NCBI GenBank assembly: GCA_963698075.1 | Contig: OY969116.1 | Location: forward strand, 19,881 to 83,880 | DNA from: an uncultured Candidatus Berkelbacteria bacterium | Lineage (GTDB): Bacteria > Patescibacteriota > UBA1384 > UBA12157 > JAENIV01 | Length of the DNA stretch: 64,000 nt | Direction: 5' to 3' | Shown: positions 9,651-19,038 of the stretch, piece by piece | Numbering within the stretch: position 1 is the first letter of the stretch | How the letters are laid out: each line of letters opens with the position of its first letter | Translations under genes and position numbers: made by a program | The notes under the pieces: generated by a model | What the model was told of the DNA's origin: nothing | Database searches by the model: none | Seen by the model: the letters and a program-made list of their open reading frames with translations, nothing else

Positions 9651-10887
9651 AGCAGTTAAATCATTTTTAAGTCGAGAGATTCTAGAACACACATGGTTTT
9701 TTTTGGCGATTTTAATTATCGGAAGTTTCCTACTGAGAATTTGGCATTTGGGAGTAATCAAAGAAGAAATCTTCGACGAAGTTTATTTTGTCCATTTTGC
9801 AAAAAATTATTTATCAGGGACTTCTTTTTTTGATATTCATCCGCCGCTAGGCAAACTGATTCTCGCTCTAGGTATTAAAATTTTTGGTGATACCCAATTT
9901 GGTTGGCGGATTATGCCAGCGATTTTTGGGACCGCCGTCATCTTTTTAGGATATCTAGTTGGCAAAGAATTAAAAAACCCGCCTGACGATCGGGCAGGCA
10001 AAATTGTCGGACTATTTATGGCATTAATTTTGGCTCTTGATGGAATGATTTTAGTTTATTCCCGAGTCGGTCTAATGGATATTTTTATGATCTTTTTTAT
10101 TTTTTTTGGATTCTGGAGCTTTCTCAAATTTGCTAAAACTAATAAATTACATTATTTAGCCCTCGCTGGTTTATCGCTGGGTATGGTAGCTTCCGTAAAA
10201 TATATTGCCGGTTTGTTATTTTTTGTATTTCTTTTAATAATTTTCGTCAAAAAAATACCGATTAAAAAAATAATTTGGCAATTTCCGATTTTTATTCTCG
10301 TTCTACCAACATTAATATATCTTGCTTTTTTCCTTTTTAACTTCCCGCTTGATGGCCATTTTTTCAGCAAAGTATTAGAATGGCACCAACAATCTCTAAA
10401 TTATAATTTAACGTTAAAAGAAGGTCATCCTTATGGTTCAAAATGGTGGACTTGGTTTTTGCTCTTGAGACCAATTTGGCTTTATTTTAAAGATATTGGT
10501 GGCCAATATGTGGGTGTTGTTGGCTTGGGTAATCCTCTGGCCTGGTGGTCTTCATTGATAGTAGTGCCGGTGCTTATTTGGAGAGTTTACAAAAAAGACA
10601 CGACCGCTACTATTATTTTAGGTAGTTTTCTAATATTTCTTTTGCCCTGGGCTTTTTTTAAGAGAGTGCTTTTTTATTATCACGCCTTGCCGGCATTTCT
10701 CTTTTTAAGTCTTGGCACAGCTTATCTTTTGGAAAAACTTCTCAAAGATAATTTAGGAAAAGTAATTGTTTCTGTTTATTTTATCTTGTTAATTTTTTTA
10801 TTCTTTTATTTTTTGCCAATTTGGATGGGCTGGTCAATTTCCTCTGCCCAATTTTATCATCGAATGTGGTTCAAGAGCTGGATTTAA
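9619..10887 (+). CDS. PMT-family (GT39-like) protein O-mannosyltransferase
   Basis: FDEVYF, DIHPPLGK, FGWR, HPYGSKWW, LGNP, YHALP; many TM segments; start 9619 or 9628. Confidence 0.85.
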   Translation: MNRMQILKQFKAVKSFLSREILEHTWFFLAILIIGSFLLRIWHLGVIKEEIFDEVYFVHFAKNYLSGTSFFDIHPPLGKLILALGIKIFGDTQFGWRIMPAIFGTAVIFLGYLVGKELKNPPDDRAGKIVGLFMALILALDGMILVYSRVGLMDIFMIFFIFFGFWSFLKFAKTNKLHYLALAGLSLGMVASVKYIAGLLFFVFLLIIFVKKIPIKKIIWQFPIFILVLPTLIYLAFFLFNFPLDGHFFSKVLEWHQQSLNYNLTLKEGHPYGSKWWTWFLLLRPIWLYFKDIGGQYVGVVGLGNPLAWWSSLIVVPVLIWRVYKKDTTATIILGSFLIFLLPWAFFKRVLFYYHALPAFLFLSLGTAYLLEKLLKDNLGKVIVSVYFILLIFLFFYFLPIWMGWSISSAQFYHRMWFKSWI

Positions 10888-10926
10888 TGATTAATTTGAG
10901 ATAGAATATACTTCGAAAGAGAAAAA

Positions 10927-12348
10927 ATGTTAAGCGAAGCGAAATCCGCCTCTGGCGGAATCAAAAAAATCCATTTTATTGGTATCAAAGGCGTAGGCAT
11001 GTGCGCCTTAGCATTACTTGCTAAAGAGAAAGGAGACGAAGTTACGGGCTCCGACATTGATGAGACCTTTGTGACAGATGACGCTCTAGCCAAGGCAGGC
11101 ATCGAAGTCAATATTTTTGATAGCAATAATATCTCCAACAAGCTTGATCTCGTAATTGTCTCGGCCGCCTACGGCAAAGACAACATTGAAGTAAAAGAAG
11201 CCAAAAAAAGGCATCTTGAGATCATGTTTTATTCTGAAGCCTTAGCTTTTTTTGCTCGTAATTCGCTCTTAATTGCTGTTGCCGGGATTCATGGTAAAAC
11301 AACAACGGCAGCGATGCTTAGTTTTCTTTTAACCAAAGCCAATCTTGATCCGAGTTTTGTCATTGGTGCTGGTGAGGTTAAGTCCTTAGGAACAAGCGGT
11401 CATGTCGGTAAGGGTGATTATTTTGTTGTCGAAGCCGATGAATATCGTAAGAGTCCAGACGACTCTTCATCTAAATTTTTTGATCTTTCACCGGAAATAG
11501 AAATAATCACGAGTATCGAGATGGATCATCCTGATATTTTTACTTCCGAAGAATCGGTCTTTAACGTCTTTTATAAATTTGCCTGTCGTATTCCCCGTAA
11601 AGGTTTTATCATTCTTTGCACCGATTATCCAAAAGCAAAAAAGCTCCAGCGCTCTTTGGCCGATCGCAATATTGAATCTTATGGTTTTTCAGAAGCACTC
11701 TGGCAAATTATCGATTTTCATGAAACTCGAACGGAAACAATTTTTTCAATTAAACATCAGGAAAAAATCATTGGTCCATTTAAATTAAAAGTGCCTGGTC
11801 AGGCTAACATCTTAAACGCTACCGCGGCAATTATTACTTGTCTAAAAATTGGGATAGAAGAAAAATTAATTAAAAAAAACATTGCTGATTTGGTGGGTGT
11901 TAAAAGACGTTTTGAAAAAATTGGCCAGTTCAACGACATTACCATTATCGATGATTATGCTCATCACCCTCGCTCAATTGATTTGACTTTAGAGGCCGCC
12001 AGAAAAAAATTTCCCACCCACAAAATTTGGTGTGTTTTTCAGCCTCACACCTATTCCCGAACTAAAGAACTCTTAAAGGATTTTGCCACCGCTTTCAAAG
12101 AAGCTGACAAAGTCATCGTCACTGAAATCTATGCTTCCCAAAGGGAAAGTGAAGCCACCATCAGTGGGCAACAACTAGCAGAGGCAATCCATCGGCACCA
12201 GCGTAACGTGAGATTTATTAGCGACTGGTCAAAAATTATCAAAGAAATTATTGATTCCGCCGATGGTCAAAATTTAATTATTACCATGGGTGCGGGTGAC
12301 ATTTACAAATTAGGCAATACATTACTCAAGGCATTAAAAGAGACGTAA
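10927..12348 (+). CDS. murC: UDP-N-acetylmuramate--L-alanine ligase
   Basis: GIKGVGM, GIHGKTTT, EADEY, DDYAHHP, FQPHTYSRT, MGAGDI. Confidence 0.96.
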   Translation: MLSEAKSASGGIKKIHFIGIKGVGMCALALLAKEKGDEVTGSDIDETFVTDDALAKAGIEVNIFDSNNISNKLDLVIVSAAYGKDNIEVKEAKKRHLEIMFYSEALAFFARNSLLIAVAGIHGKTTTAAMLSFLLTKANLDPSFVIGAGEVKSLGTSGHVGKGDYFVVEADEYRKSPDDSSSKFFDLSPEIEIITSIEMDHPDIFTSEESVFNVFYKFACRIPRKGFIILCTDYPKAKKLQRSLADRNIESYGFSEALWQIIDFHETRTETIFSIKHQEKIIGPFKLKVPGQANILNATAAIITCLKIGIEEKLIKKNIADLVGVKRRFEKIGQFNDITIIDDYAHHPRSIDLTLEAARKKFPTHKIWCVFQPHTYSRTKELLKDFATAFKEADKVIVTEIYASQRESEATISGQQLAEAIHRHQRNVRFISDWSKIIKEIIDSADGQNLIITMGAGDIYKLGNTLLKALKET

Positions 12349-12358
12349 GGAGACTCGA

Positions 12359-13339
12359 TTGAAGATTAAGAAGATTACGGAAATTTTGTCGGAAGTACGC
12401 GAACAAGTAGTCATGCGCAATTACACATCTTTAAAAGTGGGCGGGGTCGCCGATTATTTTTTCGAGGCCAAAAAAATTGAAGATTTAGTAAGAGCTGTCA
12501 GGGTCAGCGTTGATTACAAAATTCCTTATTTCATTTTGGGGGGTGGTTCGAATATTCTATTTTCTGATTATGGTTTTCCTGGATTGGTGATTAAAAATTC
12601 ATCCTCAAACGTCGCTGTTTTGAAGGAAAAAAGCCAGGTTATTGCCGATTCTGGCTTAACTTTAGCAAGGTTGATTATGGAAACAACCGCCAATGATTTA
12701 TCGGGTCCAGAATTTCTATATGGCGTACCAGGCACCGTGGGGGGCGCTGTCTACGGTAATGCAGGTGCCTATGGTCAGTCAATTGGTGATTATGTTAAAA
12801 ATTTGACGGTTCTAAAAATTGATCCCAAAGATAATATTCCCAAGATTTTTCAATTCGACAGATTATGGATGGATTTTGAATATCGCTCAAGCAGATTAAA
12901 AAAATTTAAATCTAGATTTAAACCAGTCATTTTGTCAGTCCGCTTTCAATTTTCTCAAAATCAAAAAGAAGAAATTATGAGAAAATTAAACAGTTTTAAA
13001 GAAAATCGTTTTAAAACTCAACCAATTGGGCTTTCTGCTGGCTGTGTTTTTAAAAATCCTATTCCCAACGAATTAAAAAATGTCACCGGGAAAGGTTCCC
13101 GGGGGATGCCGGAATTGCCAAGACAACGTCGGGCAGGTTATTTATTGGATCAATCAGGGGCAAAAAAACTCAAAATTGGTGCCGCTGTCGTATCTGGCAA
13201 ACATGCCAACTTTGTTTTAAATAATGATGGGGCTAGAGCTTCGGAAATTAGAACATTGATTGAAGCAATGAGAGAAGGGGTCACCCAAAAATTTGGTGTT
13301 ACTTTAGAAGAAGAAATTGAATATGTTGGTCAATGGTAA
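12359..13339 (+). CDS. murB: UDP-N-acetylenolpyruvoylglucosamine reductase
   Basis: GGGSN, PGTVGGA, NAGAYG, SAGCVFKNP, HANF, LEEE. Confidence 0.95.
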   Translation: MKIKKITEILSEVREQVVMRNYTSLKVGGVADYFFEAKKIEDLVRAVRVSVDYKIPYFILGGGSNILFSDYGFPGLVIKNSSSNVAVLKEKSQVIADSGLTLARLIMETTANDLSGPEFLYGVPGTVGGAVYGNAGAYGQSIGDYVKNLTVLKIDPKDNIPKIFQFDRLWMDFEYRSSRLKKFKSRFKPVILSVRFQFSQNQKEEIMRKLNSFKENRFKTQPIGLSAGCVFKNPIPNELKNVTGKGSRGMPELPRQRRAGYLLDQSGAKKLKIGAAVVSGKHANFVLNNDGARASEIRTLIEAMREGVTQKFGVTLEEEIEYVGQW

Positions 13340-13369
13340 ACCCTGTTAAGCGGGGCATAGGGAGGGCTC

Positions 13370-14110
13370 GTGTTTGGTACCCCCCCAAAAATTTTTAATC
13401 CACCACCACAAAAGGTCAAAAGGACATTTCCAAAATTCTTGATCGCAATTTTTATAATCCTTTTGATCGCTGGCGCTTTAATTTATTCGCTATTTTATTC
13501 ATCTTTTTTTCAAATTAAGAACATTACCATCACCGGGACGACCTTAGATGATTTTGATCAAACCGGCCTTAAAGGACAAAACATTCTTTTTATCAATATT
13601 TCCGAAATTAAATCAAAAATTTTGGCCTCCCATCCTGAAGTAAACCAGGTCCAGATAGTTAGGGGTCTTCCTGATACATTAAAAATTGTGATTAAGTCGA
13701 ATCAAGCCTTGCTGATTTGGCAGACAAACAATCAACAATATTTAATTAATCAAAAAGGTGTTGCCTTTAGCGAATTACAAGGTCAGACTGATCTTCCTCT
13801 TGTTCAGGATAATAAAAATTTAAATATCCAATTAGGCCAGCAGGTAGTCACAGCCAATTTTATTGAATTTATTCATGAATTGTCCAACAAGTTTTCTGAT
13901 GCGCTTGGTTTCAAAATTGTTTATTTTGAAATCAATGAAACTATTTTCCAGGTCGAGGCGATGGCCGATCAAGGATGGTTAGTTAAGTTTGATTCCACGA
14001 GATCGGTTGATGATCAGTTGGATGCATTAAAAAAAGTCTTAGCCGAACACAAGGCAGATATTCATGAGTATGCCGATGTGAGGGTTGAAGGAAAAGTTTT
14101 TTACAAATAA
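13370..14110 (+). CDS. ftsQ: FtsQ/DivIB POTRA-domain cell division protein
   Basis: Single TM, POTRA-like region (F.IK.I.I.G...P..LKI), C-terminal YADVR; follows murB. Confidence 0.75.
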   Translation: MFGTPPKIFNPPPQKVKRTFPKFLIAIFIILLIAGALIYSLFYSSFFQIKNITITGTTLDDFDQTGLKGQNILFINISEIKSKILASHPEVNQVQIVRGLPDTLKIVIKSNQALLIWQTNNQQYLINQKGVAFSELQGQTDLPLVQDNKNLNIQLGQQVVTANFIEFIHELSNKFSDALGFKIVYFEINETIFQVEAMADQGWLVKFDSTRSVDDQLDALKKVLAEHKADIHEYADVRVEGKVFYK

Positions 14111-14116
14111 AATATT

Positions 14117-15760
14117 ATGGTTAAAAGATGGTTAGTTTTACCTAAAAAATCGCAAGATTTAGTTGAACAACTTCTCATAAACCGCAGAATCAAAAAGGAG
14201 GACTGGACCTCCTTTTTAAGACCCGATTTTGAAAAAGGACTTCACGACCCCTTTTTAATGAAGGGCATGAAAGAAGTGGTTCAGCGTATCGAGGAAGCGA
14301 TCAAAAATAAAGAAAAAATTGGTCTCTTTGGTGATTATGATGCTGATGGCATTCCGGGAATCGTTTTGCTTTACGAGACTTTAAAACTTTTTGGGCTTGA
14401 TGTCGAAATTTTCATTCCCACCCGTGAGCAGGGCTATGGTTTAAATAATAAAGGGATTGATATTTTAAAAAAAGAGGGATCTTCTTTAATGATTACCGTT
14501 GATTTGGGGGTGAGAAATATTGAGGAGATCAATTATGCTTGCCAAAATCAGATTGAGACTATTATCATTGACCATCACGAGGTCGGTAAAAATTTGCCGA
14601 AATGCCTCATTCTTGATCCCAAACAAAGAGGCGATAAATATCCATTCAAAGATCTCTCTGCCACTGGCGTCGTTTTCAAGCTCTTGCAGGGATTGTCTAA
14701 AAAATCATCAAAAATTAATATCGCCTTTTTAAAATGGTCTTTGGATTTGGTGGCAATTTCTACCATTTGCGATATCGTGCCGCTCGTTGATGAAAATCGA
14801 ATCTTTGCCAAATGGGGCCTCATTGTTTTGCAAAAAACCAAGCGCCTTGGTTTGCGGGAATTATATCAAAGGGTTGCAATATTACCTGAAAAGATCGATA
14901 CTTATTCGGTTGGCTTCCAAATCGGACCGCGGCTCAATGCGCCGGGAAGAATGGACCACGCTAATGAAAGTTTTTATTTATTGACGACTAAAAATCACGA
15001 GCAAGCGGGTGTATTAGCCGAAAAATTGGATAAAATTAACCGCTGCCGCCAAGCGGAATTGGACCGAGTTTTAAATGAGGCCCGAAAAAAAGTTTGCCGC
15101 GATGGTCTTAATAAAAAGAAAGTTATTTTGGTCGATGGTAAAAATTGGCCGCATGGAATAATCGGTCTCGTAGCGGGTAAATTAATGGAAGAATTTGCCC
15201 GGCCGGTAATTGTCTGTGAGCGCCGCGAAAAAGATTTGCGAGGGTCGGCGCGTTCAATTGACGCTTACAATATTATCGAAGCTCTCGATTTTTCCAAAGA
15301 ATATTTGCTTCGATATGGCGGTCACAAACGAGCGGCGGGATTGACTTTGGAATTAGAACATCTTTCTAATCTTTATGACAAATTATTGGAAATCGCCGAA
15401 TCAAAACTCAAAGAAGAAGATTTAGTGCCAAAAATTACTATCGATGCGAAGCTCAATATTGAAGACATCAAAATGGATTTATTAAAAAATATTCAAAAAT
15501 TTGAGCCATTTGGTCTCGGTAACCCTCGTCCGGTGTTTATGATGGAGCAGGCGGAAATATCGGAGGTGAGGACCGTAGGTAAAGAGGGAAAACATCTTAA
15601 AATGCGGGTGGGCGAAATAGATACGATTGGATTTGATTTGGGCGTGTGGGCGGGCAAATTAGACCTTAATAAAAAAATAGATTTAGTTTTTACGATCGAC
15701 GAGGATACTTGGGATGGACGGTCAAAAATCCAACTCAAAATTTTAGATCTCAAAATTTGA
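14117..15760 (+). CDS. recJ: Single-stranded DNA exonuclease RecJ
   Basis: GDYDADG, DHH, PRLNAPGR, GSARS, GGHKRAAG, PFGLGNP. Confidence 0.96.
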   Translation: MVKRWLVLPKKSQDLVEQLLINRRIKKEDWTSFLRPDFEKGLHDPFLMKGMKEVVQRIEEAIKNKEKIGLFGDYDADGIPGIVLLYETLKLFGLDVEIFIPTREQGYGLNNKGIDILKKEGSSLMITVDLGVRNIEEINYACQNQIETIIIDHHEVGKNLPKCLILDPKQRGDKYPFKDLSATGVVFKLLQGLSKKSSKINIAFLKWSLDLVAISTICDIVPLVDENRIFAKWGLIVLQKTKRLGLRELYQRVAILPEKIDTYSVGFQIGPRLNAPGRMDHANESFYLLTTKNHEQAGVLAEKLDKINRCRQAELDRVLNEARKKVCRDGLNKKKVILVDGKNWPHGIIGLVAGKLMEEFARPVIVCERREKDLRGSARSIDAYNIIEALDFSKEYLLRYGGHKRAAGLTLELEHLSNLYDKLLEIAESKLKEEDLVPKITIDAKLNIEDIKMDLLKNIQKFEPFGLGNPRPVFMMEQAEISEVRTVGKEGKHLKMRVGEIDTIGFDLGVWAGKLDLNKKIDLVFTIDEDTWDGRSKIQLKILDLKI

Positions 15761-15772
15761 ACTAATAAACGA

Positions 15773-15800
15773 AAGGACGAAACGGATCCGTTTCGTCCTT
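15773..15800. terminator. Perfect 28-nt palindrome between convergent genes
   Basis: aaggacgaaacg-gatc-cgtttcgtcctt. Confidence 0.6.
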
Positions 15801-15842
15801 GTGGGATGACTAGGAACTATGGTTGTGTGAGCAGGCCGGTCG

Positions 15843-16310
15843 CTACCACTCGCTGTATTTCGTATGTCCATCCATGGCGGTGAGACTGGAGGCGCTCTGG
15901 ACCTTGCCGGTCTTGGGGGTATAAACCCAGTCGGCATTCTGAGTAAAAGGGTCTATCGGCAGATCGCTGTCGGCGGTGTGCAGATACGGGCCTTTGAAGA
16001 CACCGATCGCATAGTCAACTCCGTTTGGACCTGGTGGCTTGGCGAGTTCTCCTTTTCCCTTTTCGGTCGTCATCAGGTCATCGAGCGTGCGTGGATAGTC
16101 GCCAAGATCCGCCTCGAACTGCTGGATGGCATCGCGGAGCTGGTGCAGATTGCCCCGAAGCGTTGCCTCATTGGCCTTACGATGGATATACAGCAGCCAC
16201 GTGAAGAGGAGCGCTGCCAGTATGCCCAATATGGCGATGTAGATCAAGATCTCGATCAGAGTGAAACCGAAACGCCGTTTCATGCTCCCACTCCTATCGT
16301 TGGGCATCAC
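15843..16310 (-). CDS. GspG-like pilin/pseudopilin, GC-rich orphan
   Basis: GFTLIE prepilin site, A.EATLR.NL..LR.AI.QF..D.G.YP..L.DL, GPYL, LPIDPFT. Confidence 0.8.
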   Translation of the reverse strand: MMPNDRSGSMKRRFGFTLIEILIYIAILGILAALLFTWLLYIHRKANEATLRGNLHQLRDAIQQFEADLGDYPRTLDDLMTTEKGKGELAKPPGPNGVDYAIGVFKGPYLHTADSDLPIDPFTQNADWVYTPKTGKVQSASSLTAMDGHTKYSEW

Positions 16311-16343
16311 TTTCTGCCCTGTCCAGGGATGACCTGGTATTAA

Positions 16344-16372
16344 ATTATAGATAAAATTTTAGAATAAGTCAA
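16344..16372 (-). promoter_or_regulatory. Sigma70-type promoter for the orphan pseudopilin
   Basis: Minus strand TTGACT-N17-TATAAT. Confidence 0.7.
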
Positions 16373-16416
16373 CAGAATTAAAAAACTTACTGTATAAATA
16401 AAGTCACAATAAACAT

Positions 16417-16448
16417 TCCAATATTCTGCAGAATGTTGGAGGGTTTTT
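16417..16448. repeat. 32-nt palindrome-containing repeat, copy 1
   Basis: tccaatattctgcagaatgttggagggttttt; one mismatch to the copy at 24464. Confidence 0.85.
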
Positions 16449-16500
16449 AAAAGTCTTGTATAATAAAATTACCAAAGAGATATGAAAGAAAGTAAAAAAT

Positions 16501-16767
16501 ATGAGAGACAGCAGGAAATTGGAAAGAGTATTTAAGGGGGCAGCTAATCATTGGAGGATTGAAATTTTAATAATGATCCAAAGAAATCCCCAAATAACAC
16601 TGCACGATATTGCCGCCAAACTTCAGGCTAATTTTAAAACCATCTCCGAACATAATAAAAAATTAGTGGCAGCTGGGTTAGTTCAAAAAAAATATCTAGG
16701 TCGGGAAGTAACCCATAGATTATCTCCTTACGGAGAAAAAGTCTGTCAAATATTAAAAACGTTCTAA
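16501..16767 (+). CDS. ArsR-like winged-helix DNA-binding protein
   Basis: FKGAANHWRIEIL, HTH TISEHNKKLVAAGLV and wing. Confidence 0.8.
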   Translation: MRDSRKLERVFKGAANHWRIEILIMIQRNPQITLHDIAAKLQANFKTISEHNKKLVAAGLVQKKYLGREVTHRLSPYGEKVCQILKTF

Positions 16768-16791
16768 AGGATATGCTATACTTTATAAGCA

Positions 16792-18084
16792 ATGAAGCAA
16801 AATAATCAAATAATTTTTGTCTGTTCAAATTGTGGCGAAGAATATTTAAAGTGGCAGGGAAAATGTGATAATTGCGGCCAATGGAATACGCTTAAAGAGT
16901 TCAAAATTCAAAGCTCAAAGTTCAAAATGGAGAAGGGATTAATATCAGAACCATTAGAGCTTTCGAAAGTTACCATCAAAAATTTCCATCGCCGCATGAG
17001 CAAAATCGGAGAATTTGACCGTGTTCTAGGCGGGGGGATTGTTCCCGGTTCAGTCATTTTGCTCGGCGGCGACCCTGGCATTGGCAAATCGACTCTTATT
17101 TTACAAATTGCCAACAAACTCGATAACGTTTTATATATCTCCGGCGAAGAATCAGCCGAACAAATTAAAATGCGCTTTGATCGACTCGGTTTGAAATCAA
17201 GTAAAATTAGAATTTTCACCGAAATAGATCTTTCATCAATTATAAATATTTGCGAAAAAGAACAGCCTCAAATTGTCATCGTTGACTCCATTCAGACAAT
17301 TTATTCATCTGATTTTCCTTCTACTCCCGGTTCAATTGTTCAAGTAAGAGAATGCGCTCTTCGACTTCAACAGTTGGCAAAAACTACTTCGACGACCGTC
17401 ATTTTAATTGGTCACGTCACCAAAGAAGGATCAGTGGCCGGACCGCGAACCTTAGAACATTTGGTTGATGTCGTTTTGTATTTAGAGGGAGAACGATTCC
17501 ATAACAATCGGATTTTACGCGCCGCTAAAAATCGCTTTGGCGCCACCGACGAAATCGGCATTTTTGAAATGACAGAAAAAGGTTTAGAAGAAGTCAAAAA
17601 TCCTTCAAAATTGTTTCTGGAAGAACGATTAAAAAATGTACCAGGGACAGTGGTCACAGCGACCATTGAAGGGACTCGTTCATTTCTCGTTGAGGTCCAG
17701 GCGCTAACCTCCACCACGATTTTCGGCTATCCTCAACGCCGTACCTCTGGTTTTGATTTAAATCGTCTCCAACTTTTAGTCGCCATCTTACAAAAAAGAG
17801 CCAATTTAAATTTAAACAGTCAAGATGTCTTTATAAATATTGTCGGTGGTGTTACAATCAAAGAACCGGCGGTCGATTTGGCGGTGGCGATGGCTATAGC
17901 CGGCTCATTTAAAAATAAAACCATTGATTCTAAATTGTGCATCTTTGGCGAACTTGGCCTCTCCGGAGAAATTCGTCAAGTCTCACATGAGCAAAAGAGA
18001 ATCGCTGAGGCCAAAAGACTGGGATTTTCTAAGTTTAATCGCACCAAAACCATAGGGGAGCTAGCGAGGAAATATTTTGTTTAA
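16792..18084 (+). CDS. radA: DNA repair protein RadA/Sms
   Basis: C4 zinc finger, GDPGIGKST, KNRFG, Lon-like C-terminal domain. Confidence 0.96.
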   Translation: MKQNNQIIFVCSNCGEEYLKWQGKCDNCGQWNTLKEFKIQSSKFKMEKGLISEPLELSKVTIKNFHRRMSKIGEFDRVLGGGIVPGSVILLGGDPGIGKSTLILQIANKLDNVLYISGEESAEQIKMRFDRLGLKSSKIRIFTEIDLSSIINICEKEQPQIVIVDSIQTIYSSDFPSTPGSIVQVRECALRLQQLAKTTSTTVILIGHVTKEGSVAGPRTLEHLVDVVLYLEGERFHNNRILRAAKNRFGATDEIGIFEMTEKGLEEVKNPSKLFLEERLKNVPGTVVTATIEGTRSFLVEVQALTSTTIFGYPQRRTSGFDLNRLQLLVAILQKRANLNLNSQDVFINIVGGVTIKEPAVDLAVAMAIAGSFKNKTIDSKLCIFGELGLSGEIRQVSHEQKRIAEAKRLGFSKFNRTKTIGELARKYFV

Positions 18085-19012
18085 TATTACTAATGTTGAA
18101 CAAACAAACGTCACTATTTTCATCATTTCTTTGGCTGTCGCCGTTGGATTATTATTTTTGACAAGACGTCTTTTAAAAATTTCTTTTCCTTATTTTTTCA
18201 TGGGGCTTTTAGGGATTATCATCGGGTTATTAATCGGTTCTTTGGCGACCGTGCCGCTGGCCAAATTACCGGGTGCTTACGGTACTTGGGTTCCCGTAAT
18301 TGTCAACGCTTTTGTCACCGTCGCCGTCTTAGATCTTTTTTTGGCCCAAGCTAAACCAGCTTCTAATTTTTTGCACCGGCTGATGCAAAGACTTTTCGGC
18401 CACGAAACTGGTCATGAGGAATCAATTATTGTTGATACTTCTTCATTAATTGACGGTCGTATCGAGCCAATTGCTGTGAGTGGCTTTATTATGGGCAATA
18501 TTTTAGTACCAGCTTTTGTTTTATCTGAACTACAAAAGGTTGCCGATTCTGATGACCCCCTAAAAAGAGCTAAGGGTCGTCGAGGACTCGAGGTCCTCGA
18601 TCGCATGCAGCATAATCCCAAGATACCGCTAGAGATTATCGATGATATGGATACTTCGCGAGAGCCAGTTGATTTGAAATTAATCAAACTGGCTAAGAAG
18701 CGAAATGCTCGTATTCTCACGGTTGATTTTAATTTGAATCGCGTCGCCAAAATCCAAAAAATTTCCGTCTTAAATGTCAATGAATTGGCGGAGAGTCTTA
18801 AACCTTCTCTTATCCCTGGTGAAGAAATTATGGTCAAAATTATTCAAAAAGGCAAGGAGCCTGGTCAAGGCGTTGGTTATTTGCCTGATGGAACGATGAT
18901 TGTTGTTGAGGGCGGTCAAAGCTTAGTCGGTAAGGAAGTCAACTGCGAAGTGGTGCGAATTTATCATACCGTCGCTGGTAAAATGATTTTTGTTCAACCC
19001 AAAAAAAGATGA
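18077..19012 (+). CDS. Membrane PIN/TRAM domain protein (YacL-like)
   Basis: VDTSSLIDGR, RGRRGL-like KGRRGL, TVDFNL, GVGYLPDGTMIVVE; radA synteny. Confidence 0.9.
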   Translation: MFNITNVEQTNVTIFIISLAVAVGLLFLTRRLLKISFPYFFMGLLGIIIGLLIGSLATVPLAKLPGAYGTWVPVIVNAFVTVAVLDLFLAQAKPASNFLHRLMQRLFGHETGHEESIIVDTSSLIDGRIEPIAVSGFIMGNILVPAFVLSELQKVADSDDPLKRAKGRRGLEVLDRMQHNPKIPLEIIDDMDTSREPVDLKLIKLAKKRNARILTVDFNLNRVAKIQKISVLNVNELAESLKPSLIPGEEIMVKIIQKGKEPGQGVGYLPDGTMIVVEGGQSLVGKEVNCEVVRIYHTVAGKMIFVQPKKR

Positions 19013-19038
19013 ACAAAAACGAAGATTGTGAATATTCT

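Noticed and set aside
15722-15760. tcaaaa-rich 3' end of recJ as another heptad insertion
   Set aside because: It encodes the normal RecJ C-terminal QLKILD strand and the spacing is irregular
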